Translations under genes and position numbers: made by a program
NCBI GenBank assembly: GCA_037379345.1
Contig: CM074518.1
Coordinates: forward strand, 48,821,586-48,885,585
Source: Perna viridis
Lineage: Eukaryota
Length of the DNA: 64,000 nucleotides
Direction: 5' to 3'
Part shown: positions 51,801-64,000 of the stretch, in pieces
Layout: every line of letters starts with the position of its first letter
Position numbering within the stretch: the stretch's first letter is position 1
Notes under the pieces: generated by a model
Told to the model about the DNA's origin: nothing
Databases searched by the model: none
Seen by the model: only the letters and a program-made list of their open reading frames with translations

Positions 51801-53230
51801 TTTTCTTTCGCACTTTTCTTCATATTATTGACCTTGTTTCTTTGCTGCTTGTACCTAGCAATATCCCTATCACATTTCGATTTCAGTGCCGATTTTCTAT
51901 ACCGATCACGTTCTCGTATTTAATTTCACTGTTGAACCAGGATTTATCACTTGTCGTTATGAGCTTTGTCGGTATACAATCTCTTACAATCTCAAGAAAT
52001 TCGACAATAAATATTTATGTTTTGTCTGTTTTTCAGGTTGAGTTGGAGGGGGATAAAATGACCTCTCGGGATGAATCTCCTCCCATCTATGTATAGTTTG
52101 TCGTTCTCTTTTAGAACTGCATAATGCTTTTGTCCCTAGCATCTATAAGATATGGTATGAGCTCCCTTTTACTGTCTATAATTTCAATTGGATATTGCTC
52201 GTGGACACTGAATTTATCATTATATTTAAGCATATCAGTTGCCACACTCAAGACCCTGTTTTTGTCTTTTCTCTTCTCACATTTTGCTATGATACCCCTA
52301 GGGGATTTATCTGGTTTTGGTTTGAGCCTTAGCACAACATCAAAATTGATATCATCCTCTATCTTTAATTCTGTCTTAACAAATTGAACCAGTGTTTCCT
52401 GTGTTCTAATCAGGGTCACAGGTGTCTGTGATACACCTAAAGATTAGAGTCTCTCTCATTGACCTTGCCTGCTGTTGGATGTTTTTTTAATATTTCATTT
52501 TTTCTTGTTTAAGACTAGCAATTTGTTCATCTACATTTCTTAATCTATCATATACACAATGAATGCCTTTATCCATCTTGTTCATTGTCTCATTGTCTGA
52601 TTTCATGTTCTGTTTTATTTCACGTATTTCATTGTCAATTCTTTTAAAATTGTTCTCCATAGCTACAAGTCTTGACAGAATGTCATTTAACATATTTAAC
52701 TTTTTTAGCTTTTCTGGAACAGTGCTAATAAAAGCATCAATTTGTGGATGATATATGAGAGAAGGTGGAGATGGCGATGGTATAGGCTGCAGTGGTTGAA
52801 TTTTTTTGGGGCAACATATTGGGTGGTATATTGGCTGGTGTTGTATGAGATGCTGATGGCTGGTTATAAGGTGTGAATGGATAACCTTGATATGGCCCAT
52901 ATAATGTAGTATGTGTTGCTGATAATACAGATACATGGGGTATTGATCTGGGGTATTATAATAAACCTGTTTTAATTTCGTATCAGTCATTTTATCAGGT
53001 CGGGGCGAAGGTGTGTTTGAGCTCGCAGCTTGTTTACGTTTTCGTTTTTCTTTCCTCTTATGATTTCTTCCCATTTATTGTCTTTTCATCGTTTATACAC
53101 ATTAACAGTAGTTTGTGTTTCAAAATTTGGTAACATTTTTGTAAAGGTTTTTTTTGTTTTTCTTGTCTATTTCAAGATTTTCAGTTCGTAACTTTCACCG
53201 TACATCTTTTTCGAGATACATTTTTGTCAC
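48857..53230 (-). mobile_element. Near-full-length decayed CR1-group LINE: ORF1 (basic N-terminus, coiled coil, RRM-like) at 52111-53074 and RT fragments at 49000-51960; endonuclease region deleted
   Basis: ORF1 motif ARSMRETLIF and RRM-like VQFVKTELKI...RGIIAK; RT motifs NYRPISLISCVGKVMER, QSGF, FCDFSKASDKVWH, GVPQGSVLGP, KHLG; 3' UTR similar to the LINE at 29445. Confidence 0.9.
49756..50368. mobile_element. Tc1/pogo-like MITE nested in the LINE, TA TSD
   Basis: TA-CAGTGAAACTTTTCCAAACCGG...CCGGTTTGGAGAAGTTTCACTG-TA; removing it restores the LINE frame GFPVFTELE. Confidence 0.93.
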
Positions 53231-53257
53231 TGGGTTAATTTGCATGATAAACTTTAA

Positions 53258-53316
53258 TCATTCAATCATTTATACATCCATTCATTCATCCATTTATTCA
53301 TTCATTCGTTCATTCT
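53258..53316. repeat. Degenerate (ATTC)n microsatellite
   Basis: Visible. Confidence 0.8.
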
Positions 53317-53814
53317 ATCATATTGACAAATTTGACGGGAGAGTATGAAGAAACATACTTCAATTTATGGGCGGACTATATTTAACGGTATATGCTTTCG
53401 CGCGCTAAACCAACTGCATGAGCACAGTAGGACAGACTCTGACTGAGTTCTTCAGTTAGGTATCCCGAAGGCTGGGCTCCGCTACCTTCTACTACTAACC
53501 GGCATTACTAACAGAATCCCCGTAAGGGGCGGTCGTGCCTGATCGGTAAGGATAGTAAAGACCGTAAAAAACCCCAATCATCATATTCGTTGTCCAGTCA
53601 CGTGTAGGGCGGTAGTTATGTAAAGATTCTTAGTTGTTAAATTCATTTTGGATTATATGTTTTTGATTTAGAGAGGTAATTTATAGATTGGATTTTTGTG
53701 TATTGAGACTAGAATGTCAAAATTTTGAAAAGAAAGCTCTAAACTTAGGAAATTGAATTTAACTGTGATTCGAACATAATTACCAAGTTAGTTTACTTTG
53801 CGGAAAATATTTAA

Positions 53815-54462
53815 AGCTGCATTAGCTGTCAATTTCGTAAATTTTTGTTTCTTTTGAAAATATACCTTAACTTTGAATTATTTCTACTAAATGGTACTTT
53901 TCTTGTACAATTTCATTTAATATCCACAAATAAAATGCATTAAATACATGCAATAGGTGTCTATATATTTATTGTCTTGCACGAAAAAAATCGACCTAGA
54001 TAAGTTCGTATGCATGTGACTTCTGGTGACCTTAATCCGCGCATGTGCTGTAATGGTCGCTTCTTTATCAACAAAGATGCAACAAGCCTGATTGCAAAGC
54101 GAAAGTGGTTATTCAACAGCAAGGAAGACCGACGGACTCAAGCCGTAAAAGAAAAAAGTTCGAATATAACGCAAGGATCCTTTTGAAATTTGAATATAAT
54201 GCGGCTCAAGTATGATCATTATTTACTTTAAAACTAATCAAGAAATAGATGACATGAAATGAAAACAAGACACGTGCTTACCTGTATATCCGTTGTTGTT
54301 ATTTATTTTTTTTTACCAAGGTTAAAGTATTTTTTAACTCTGGTGAATGTCCTGTCGGCAATCATCGGAAGTAATGGCGAAAAATAATTAGATCAGACCT
54401 ATCGATCTTATCTGATAAAAAAAAACCTTGTTATCACAATAAAATTGGCAGCAAATGCAGCT
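53815..54462. mobile_element. Non-autonomous Kolobok-like DNA transposon, TTAA TSD
   Basis: TTAA-AGCTGCATTAGCTGTCAATTT...AAATTGGCAGCAAATGCAGCT-TTAA; purine-purine termini. Confidence 0.85.
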
Positions 54463-54720
54463 TTAATATAGATTATGCATGTCACGCGCATTGCATGTTA
54501 CATGTATTGAATATCCCAGGTTACGAATCATTACTATCATCTATTATATTTATATGCATTTCAGTATTGTAAATGAAGTAACATTATCTGTACTTTCAGA
54601 ATAAAATTATATATCATTGGACGGCTCAATTTTTAGCAGTGGTCATATTTATATATCATAGCTGGACCAAAACCATCATTTTTTCACTGCGACATTTATT
54701 TGACAAGAATTTAAACTAAG

Positions 54721-54891
54721 CAATGGCGGATCCAGCCTCCCCCCCCCAGCCTCTTGGAAAAAAAATGTTAAAAAATTGTCTGTGTTAAATCATGAAAAAC
54801 ACTCACTTCGTGATCCTCACCGGTGATCCGGTCAAGAAATTTTTTGGCCCCCCCCCCCCCCACCTTACCTAAAACTCTGGATCCGCCACTG
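54721..54891. mobile_element. hAT-like MITE with a 5-bp TSD (CTAAG)
   Basis: CAATGGCGGATCCAG...CTGGATCCGCCACTG flanked by CTAAG on both sides; decayed relatives near 23190, 23840, 35062, 43618 and 56036. Confidence 0.82.
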
Positions 54892-56796
54892 CTAAGTTTT
54901 TACAATTTCAGGCCGAAAATTCAAATAAGACAAATAAGACGAGAGAAATACCGACTAAGTCTCTCATTCTGACCCAGGCAATTGTTGATTTCTTGTCTAA
55001 TAACGGGGAGTCTCCCGTAAAAAAAAATCGGGAGACATATCAGCTATGCAATTACAAGTAAGTCCATTTTCTGTTACTTTTAATTAGTAAATCTTAATCC
55101 TTTAATTGATTTGACTGTAATTAACGGAATCCCATTTAAAAACTTTTGTAATTAATACAAAAAGTAGAATTTAATTATTGTAATTAACCATGCCACCTGG
55201 AGTTATTGTCCATTTTCTTGACAATAAATAGCTTAACAATGAACATTGTCCAGATTGACCGCTAGGGGGCAATGGTTGCCATTAATTGTAAAGCGTCTAC
55301 ATAATTTTATTATAAGTTACAGTCGTGTATTGATCCGGAGTGGATGATTTTATTCTGAACAACCACAATAATTTTGCTATATAAATGTATTATGGCAGAT
55401 TTGTTTGTCAAAATATTTAAAGTGTCATCGATTACACTAAGAAAGCTAATTATATCACTTGGAGAGTAAAAATATGCATAGAGAATAGACGAATTCATTA
55501 GCAGGATTCGTGTACTATATTTCTGTTTCTATGGTAACGGATTTTGTAATATTGAGAAATGGAGGAAATAATGTAGATTGACGATAGATTGAGTAAGTTA
55601 TATTAGTCTGTATTTTTTTCTTCTCCTTTACATTTGTATATCTGGCTAAGTCGAACACGTTGTCTACAGTATATCCTTACATTTTTGTGATTTTATACAC
55701 GTTTTGCTATTTGTAATTTATGTTCAATGTGTATCGGTACATTTTACATGGTTGATATAAAAAGATAAATTATATAATGATGGATCGCAGTGGCGGGTGT
55801 TCAAGGGGTTATACATGTATGTGGAGATCAAAGTCTACTTTTTTTTGGGAGGGGGAGTAATAAAATTTGGGCACAATTATGTAGGCATGCCAAAGTGATA
55901 GCTCCACATGAATTTCTTGGTTGGAACGTTAACCCCTCCTTTTAATTTTATAATATTCTAGAACAGCATCCGGTTGGTGATAGAACTTAGAACTGAGTAA
56001 AAAAGATGGAGTACTACATGTACATGTATGTACATTAGTGGATCTAGGGTATTCAGTGGGTCGACCCCCACCCCCTTTGATAGAAAATTGTGCTATTGTA
56101 ATTTCGTGCAAAATTTTGGCAATAATGAGCAAATGCATTTGCATTCCCTTTCTCGTACCACACTTGACCCCCTTTTTCAAAATTACTGGATCCGTCCCTG
56201 ATGTACATTCATGTATACATGTGTACTAGGTATAATATAGTTATGAGATGTCCATTGTTAAATGAGCATCGAATCATCGAATTGAACATACCAAATATTT
56301 ATTTCAGATTTTCAGAAAACTGACACGTGCGCATTTTGTACAAAATTCGATATATCTATAGGTTATTTTAAGACATTATGCACCCTAACAACAATGACCA
56401 ACTTCCCGGGCACCATCCCCGGGACACCACCCATCTGCTTTGAAAAAGTTAGTCCCTGTTGTTATGAAACGAAGATCGAGGTCGCTGAGATATTTGATTT
56501 TCGATTTAAAGTCATTACGTATCTGAACTTCAGCGTAGCATTGAAAAAAAAACAAAACAAAACAAAAACAGACCCATTTTCCATTCCATTTTCGTTTTTG
56601 TGACATATGTCACTGCCGTGGCAGTTCACAGCATGAAAGAGGAAAGGCTATTAAATGAAGGCTAAGTGTTAATTAAAAGATCGTTTTAGCTAAAAACATT
56701 GAATTATTCACGACACCATATGGCGATGATCATATAATGTTTATAACATATACATGTACTGTATAGCAGCTGTAGTGATTTTGCTGATTAGTTACT

Positions 56797-58003
56797 GATC
56801 GGATACTTCATCATCGTCGTACAGATGACATCCACTACTTAGTCCGTAGTAAGTTGATATTTGTTGATCGGGCACTTCATCATCGTCGTACAGATGACAT
56901 CCACTACTTAGTCCGTAGTAAGTTGATTTTTTTTGATCGGGTACTTCATCATCGTCGTACAGATGACATCCACTACTTAGTCCGTAGTAAGTTGATATTT
57001 GTTGATCGGGCACTTCATCATCGTCGTACAGATGACATCCACTACTTAGTCCGTAGTAAGTTGATTTTTTTGATCGGGTACTTCATCATCGTCGTACAGA
57101 TGACATCCACTACTTAGTCCGTAGTAAGTTAATTTTTGTTGATCGAGCACTTCATCATCGTCGTACAGATGACATCCACTACTTAGTCCGTAGTAAGTTG
57201 ATTTTTTTTTATCGGGTACTTCATCATCGTCGTACAGATGACATCCACTACTTAGTCCGTAGTAAGTTGATATTTGTTGATCGGGCACTTCATCATCGTC
57301 TTACAGATGACATCCACTACTTAGTCCGTAGTAAGTTGATATTTGTTGATCGGGCACTTCATCATCGTCGTACAGATGACATCCACTACTTAGTCCGTAG
57401 TAAGTTGATATTTGTTGATCGGGCACTTCATCATCGTCGTACAGATGACATCCACTACTTAGTCCGTAGTAAGTTGATTTTTTTTGATCGGGTACTTCAT
57501 CATCGTCGTACAGATGACATCCACTACTTAGTCCGTGGTAAGTTGATATTTGTTGATCGGGCACTTCATCATCGTCTTACAGATGACGTCTGTAGTAAGT
57601 TGATATTTGTTAATCGGGCACTTCATCATCGTCGTACAGATGATATCCACTACTTAGTCCGTAGTAAGTTGATATTTGTTGATCGGGCACTTCATCATCG
57701 TCTTACAGATGACGTCTGTAGTAAGTTGATTTTTGTTGATCGGGCACTTCATCATCGTCTTACAGATGACATCCACTACTTAGTCCGTAGTAAGTTGATT
57801 TTTGTTGATCGGGCACTTCATCATCGTCTTAAAGATGACATCCACTACTTAGTCCGTAGTAAGTTGATTTTTGTTGATCGGGCACTTCATCATCGTCTTA
57901 AAGATGACATCCACTACTTAGTCCGTAGTAAGTTGATATTTGTTGATCGGGCACTTCATCATCGTCGTACAGATGACATCCACTACTTAGTCCGTAGTAA
58001 GTT
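56797..58003. repeat. 69-bp minisatellite, about 18 units, a few with internal deletions
   Basis: Unit GATCGGGCACTTCATCATCGTCGTACAGATGACATCCACTACTTAGTCCGTAGTAAGTTGATATTTGTT; accounts for the ORFs at 56792-58049. Confidence 0.97.
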
Positions 58004-60736
58004 GGTTCTAGATTTAACGTCAACATTGAAAATCAAAACTAGTACCTAATAAAAACCTTTTTTGAACTTATAATAAAAGGTACATGTATTCCTGTTAATC
58101 TCTGACCCTATATTTTAGTACATCCATGTATAGAGCCTTGCTGGGGCTTGCATATAGACTTTAGATGACGCTTTTATGGATCCCTGGCGGACCCAAAGGT
58201 GGGGTAAAGGAGGTTCTTCTGGGGTCGGAACACCAATTTCATTGGAAACTTATGTTAATTTGGCAATGAATGAGTAATTAATAACAGCTACATGTAGTTT
58301 CCTGGTTTATAATCCTCTTCTTTTAACTTTACATACATTATACTATAACCCAATTAATAACAGGGAAAAAAATCAAACGAATTAAGCAAAAAAAAAGTAA
58401 ATTGCGTCATACATTTACACGAAGTTACTGATTCACAACCGCAGAAATGTATAAATAAACAGGTTTATCTAGAAACCATGCTTAAGATGGTAAGTCTGTA
58501 TTTTTCTAACTATCTTAAAAAGTATGTCCGATTAGTAATTTGAGAAATAATAAAGTACAAAGTAATAGTTTGTTATAGTGACTTGTGCATACCATGATAC
58601 AGTACAGATTCAATAATACAGTTAGATAATTACAGTCCTCCCAACCGACCCGATGGACTTACATTGTATGTCAATCCTCCCATTCGACCCGATGGACCTA
58701 CATTTTCTACAATGTACATCCAGTCCAATGGACCTACAATGTACAGGTCAAAATATTTCTAAGGTCAATAAAAGCAGCAAAGACTTTTGGGTCATTACTA
58801 ATTATTCTGTTTAAGATAAATAAACGATCCTCACACGACCTGATTTTTCCTGAATCCATTCAGTTCACTATCTTGGATATCTTCAGATTCGAGATAATTT
58901 TTCAGTCTTTTATAATTTATAAATGCACTATACAGTTGGCGTTTGCAGGATAGTAAACTAACGCCTCTGTAATTCGTAGGGATTCGAGGATCGAAGGACA
59001 TGTGCTTCAGGACCGGAAAAATAATCGATTTTTTTCATATATACAGAAGGTATTGTATCAAAGATCAATTGAAAAAGCCAATGAAGGATATCAAATATCA
59101 CCGGAAACTTTCAAATGTTATGCGGAATTTGATCAAATCAAATCCACTTGTGGAGTTTCTGCTTTTATCACAACGTTACTTATCTCCTTTTTAGTAATGT
59201 TTATATTTATCATATCATTTTTGTTGCTTTGTTTTATTCTAACAAATATTTATGAAGTTTTGATTGATTGCAATGATAGTTTTTTTTCAATATCGACATT
59301 TAAAGAACTTAGAAGTCAATTCGCCACACTTGAGCCTCCAGCACTTCCGTTTCATATAGATTAATACTACTATATTCACTAATTCCATCGGATTTGTTTT
59401 AGTTGAACATGGTCCTAGCACTTTTATTTTCAACTAAAGGAGAATTTTTTAAGAAAGGGATTGCACGTGCCACCAACACACCCTGGTTACGGCCTTGTAG
59501 AATCTTAACTCATTACATCATTCAAAACTGCGAAACAACTGTACTTGGTATTTTGCCATGAATGCTCATGTAACTTTCTGAGAAAAAATATGCTGTGAGA
59601 GGAGCTGACAAAAACCGGTATTAAACGTGATCACAATACGCGTATGTATCACGAGTGACACCAGTAGGACTAAATCAGACTGATCAAGTGAAATATACTT
59701 GTACACATTACCGCATTCTAAACTCCTCTTTGAGTCACTCAGTTATGTATGTTAATCAATGTCTTGAGCGGACGTAATTGGCTATTTTTTAGAATATCAA
59801 TTCAAAGTTAGCGTCTGAACTTTGCAAAAGGACAGTCCAAATCCTGAAAAGTTGGAGTATACTTACATATACATGTATTATTGAACAGATACAAACTCAG
59901 ACACACTATTTATTGCACTTAGCTAGTTAATAAAAATACGATATAAAAATAACATATAGTAGACAGTGTATCAACCTCATCTATCACTGTACACATCTAT
60001 CTACAATACGATGGGAGAATAACTTATACAAAATGTGTATGAACATTTACATGTTTATTATTTTGAGATTTCAACTTCAAACTTTTCACGGTAAGACTCT
60101 TCATTTTAAAAAAAATGAGTACTTTTAATGCTTTATCAAGCAATAAACACGGTATAAAGATGGGGTAAAGTGGCCTTTTTTGTTTCCTCTTGTTTACAGT
60201 TTTGTGTTTTATAGTAATTTTCATACTACAGTGTAGTGTATTGATCTTTAGGAATCCTTTTCATCATGTACACCTTTCTTTAAAAGCAAGTCACTCGATC
60301 CCTTTAAACGATTCATCAAGATCCTGAAGCACACCCCTATTAAAATTTTAAATTCCCGTCCACGATTCCTTTATGGTATTTTTTATAAACCGGATTACCT
60401 TATTGACGTTATATTTTAGGCCTTGAGGGTACGGAAAAAGAAATGGAAAAATAAACAAACAAATCAACAAAAAGTAAGAAAAAGGGAAGAAAAAAACTTA
60501 TCTTTTAACCACCTTTGAAACCGGAAATAAATTTAAATCAAATCAAAGATAACCTCTATTATCAGTTCAATGCTCTTGAAAATGTGAGCATGTTTTGATG
60601 AAGGAAAAAGATATGTTTGAGATTTAGAAATTAACATAGCGATTTTCATTCAGAGAAAAGATAGGGTAAACGTAGAAGTCCCGCAGTTAATATCGTAACA
60701 TTTGATTGTTATTGAAACCTGTCTAAACCGAACTCA

Positions 60737-62373
60737 TAGTACGTGGGCTGAGCTAAGCCCCCAACTCATCAACCAAAATATGATTTTCAGGTACCTCTCA
60801 TTTAAGAATATTTTTGTCGCCAAAAATTAACTGAAGCATTTTGTATTTTTCGGCTATTGAGGCAAAAATCCATTTTTTGAGTATTTTAATTCTACGAACT
60901 CATTCTTTCTTCAAACCGAAGTGAACCTACATATATATGTATCATCATGTAGCCTAATGTCTCAGCTTTACAATGGTACCAAAACAGTTACGATAACACT
61001 TAGGGTTTTGGGGTAAAATGAATTAAATGTACCCCTACCCCCCCCCCCGAAAAATCGCTAAAATTGACATATTTTGTAATGTTAAAACCCTATTAGTATT
61101 TATACTTCAGTAAAAATAGTTTATTTGGTATTTTCTGTTTAGTATTATCACAATTTATACTTCTGGGGGTTCTTTTGACAAATTTTGGCGAATTTCATGG
61201 TCCATATATCCAAAAATGCAAAAAAATGGAATTTTCGAATTTTCCGTAAAAAGTGAGATAAATTCTATTATATACCTAATCTACAAATTATTGCTCAACT
61301 AAAACGTCTCAAATTTGGGTATCAGTCGATAGATAATTTTATTTTCTACACAAATAAATCACGAAAAACTAATTTTCAAGAAAGAAATTTTTAAAAATGG
61401 TAAAAATATTGCCCTTACCCCTAGAAAACTGGTCACAGTATCAAACAGAATTCTCATTCAGAGCATACCGACAGTGTAAAACTCATAATTTAAGCATTCA
61501 TAATTAAGATAAAGATGTACCAAAATATCTGATCAGTTCAGGGGCTTAGATTTTCTTTTTAGGGTGACAATTACTATAAAATCGGAAGAATGAGAATTTT
61601 CAGAATTTCAGAATTTTCTTCCATATCATCCGTTGTTGTTTTTTTTAGAATACCGTTGTTTAAACAAGCTTTTGTTTGATATGGTACATTAATATAGTGT
61701 CTTAGCTTCAAAATGGGTCTAAGTAATAAATATTTGAACTGTTTCATGTCAGATAGGTGGAAAATTGCCACCTTTACCATATAAAAAATGCCTCAACATG
61801 AATTTAAATATTAATTTTTGGCATATAAAGGGTGTACAATAGACATGCTGGGTACAATAGTTTTAATTGGCAATGTATCCAATATATCTTCCCATTTCAG
61901 GCGCGAATTTTTCAATTTCAATGTGACAATAATGAAAGTTTTTTCATAAAAGGGGAATTTTCGGAATTTCATATTTTCTTCAATTCCACCTATAATTGGC
62001 AATTTTCATCAAATACCGTACTTCAAACAAGCTTTTGTATATTCAAATACACTTATATAGTGTCTTAGCTTTCTAATGAGCCCAAGTCATAAATATTTCA
62101 ATTTGTCCAAGACAATGTTTTGGCACCATTGTCAGGCTGAGACATTGGGTTATATGCAGATTTATGTTTAGTTCGTTCACACATGCTATCACAGGGAGGC
62201 TTAGACGGTCAAACAATTGAGTAACAAAAATCTTGGCTTTTTCACCCAGTGGGGTACAAATATAGGCTTATACTGAAAAAGAATTGGAGAATATTTCGCG
62301 ACAAATTGATTTGGTAATGGGAGGTATAAAGGTATCTAAAAATCACCATGAAGTTGATGAATGTGGTGATGCA
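60737..62373. mobile_element. Second copy of the Academ-like fold-back element (different internal deletion, right terminus truncated), inserted in an AAACCTGTCTAAAC-repeat element
   Basis: Same left end TAGTACGTGGGCTGAG; collinear with 18623-19750 and 20600-20840. Confidence 0.8.
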
Positions 62374-62499
62374 CGGAAACATGTCTAAACACAACTCAGA
62401 ATAAACCGGAAACCTGTCTAAACAGAAATCAAAATAAAACCAGGAAACCTGTCTAAACCAAACATCTGTGAAAGTCCTCTAAATAACTATCAATTACTT

Positions 62500-63575
62500 C
62501 AATTACTCTGGTATAAATAGATCAACAAATGTTTAAATAAATAATTTAATTTGCCATAAAACAGCAGGAAATTGGTTCCTGCTTGATAATAACATAATGT
62601 AATGAAAATAATAATTCTATCACACTCACTTTCTCTCGAAATCATATGAAACCGAATAAGGCGGGCCACAAAAACATATAATTCGGCAAAAAAAAAATAC
62701 CCTATATGAAATGAAGTAAACTTAATAAACTGAGTAAATGACCATAAATAATACAACTATTAAAAGGAAATTAAACAATGAATAAATGAATAAATGGGAG
62801 GCAGGGAGGAAGGGAAACTCAAAATTTTTATACACTAAATATGTAGCCTGTCGATAATGACCCTTGGCTATACACATACATGTACATGAAGAGTGCTATT
62901 TAATCGTCGTAATTATCTGTTTTAATTTATTTATTAAAACTAACCAATTACTCTGGTATAAATAGATAAACAAATGTTTAAATAAATAATTTAATTTGCC
63001 ATAAAACAGCAGGAAATTGGTTCCTGCTTGATAATAACATAATGTAATGAAAATAATTATTCTATCACACTCACTTTCTCTCGAAATCATATGAAACCGA
63101 ATAAGGCGGGCCACAAAAACATATAATTCGGCAAAAAAAAATACCCTATATGAAATGAAGTAAACTTAATAAACTGAGTAAATGACCATAAATAATACAA
63201 CTATTAAAAGGAAATTAAACAATGAATAAATGAATAAATGGGAGGCAGGGAGGAAGGGAAACTCAAAATTTTTATACACTAAATATGTAGCCTGTCGATA
63301 ATGACCCTTGGCTATACACATACATGTACATGAAGAGTGCTATTTAATCGTCGTAATTATCCGTTTTATTTAGTAAAACTAACCAATTACTCTGGTATAA
63401 ATAGACAAACAAATGTTATAATAAATAATTTATTTAATCTGCCATAAAACAGCAGGAAATTGGTTCCTGCTTGATAATAACATAATGTAATGAAAATGTT
63501 AATTCTATCACACTCACTTTCTCTCGAAATTATATGAAACAGAATAAGGCGGGCCACAAAAACATATAAATCGGC
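62500..63575. repeat. ~445-bp tandem duplication, about 2.4 copies
   Basis: caattactctggtataaatag at 62500, 62945 and 63384; the first two copies are nearly identical. Confidence 0.92.
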
Positions 63576-64000
63576 CAAACAAGCCCGCCAAACACTACAA
63601 TAAAGCAATAACATGTATATATTACAAAAAAAACCCAAACTATGTAAAAAAAAGGAAGAAAATCTACATGAGATGCTCCACTCCCTGATGTAGAATAAGC
63701 TTCAAAGAGATAATGTTCTCCCTTGTAAAACCTCTACGTCCCTAACAGCAGAAAGAGATAGTCAGCTCTCTTATCAAGCTCGGACTCCACAACATGCCCT
63801 ACTTTCGTACAAAGTAAACTTCCAAAGGATGAAGTTCTCCTTTGTAGAAGTTGGCCTAAAACGTAAAGCAGAACTTTGTAGATATATGTTACAAAAATAC
63901 AAGAAAAAAAAATAATACATCACAAATATAATTATCATCAACAACAAAAAATACACTACATAGATAACTATATAAAATCACAAGCCTTTAATATATATTT

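Noticed and set aside
53390-53460. Hammerhead on the minus strand (CTGAAGA...GAAA)
   Set aside because: GAAA does not follow the candidate stem II and stems I and III cannot be formed
54912-55057. Open AG...GTAAGT exon candidate (AENSNKTNK...)
   Set aside because: It overlaps GGGAGTCTCCCG and GTAATTAAC MITE-like subrepeats; no homology or partner exons identified
57198-58049. 283-aa His/Arg-rich repeat protein
   Set aside because: It arises from the 69-bp satellite, starts at a non-ATG codon, and neighbouring units are frameshifted

Overview
AT-rich, intron-containing animal DNA. The repeat repertoire looks like a bivalve mollusc, which is an inference. Two protein-coding genes can be reconstructed by hand on the + strand. 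(1) The last 8 coding exons of phosphatidylserine synthase 2 (PTDSS2, 421-8547); its 5' part lies outside the window. (2) A complete 4-coding-exon MGAT4C-like GlcNAc-transferase (27566-36446, 530 aa), of which the ORF track shows only the last exon. The rest is repeats: three decayed CR1-group LINEs, an RTE-X-like fragment, Penelope-like remnants, SINEs, several MITE or fold-back DNA elements (Tc1/pogo-like, Kolobok-like, 5-bp-TSD hAT-like, Academ-like with kb-long arms) and many minisatellites. The most interesting observations are: a circularly permuted twister-ribozyme-like motif in a dispersed repeat, with palindromes in place of P1; tandem repeats that duplicate PTDSS2 splice junctions; an intronic minisatellite resembling a distant PTDSS2 exon; and strong enrichment of TACATGTA, with internal evidence that it arises by 6-bp insertion at TA, like a Tc1/mariner excision footprint. 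All alignments, counts and folds were done by eye; no database searches were run.
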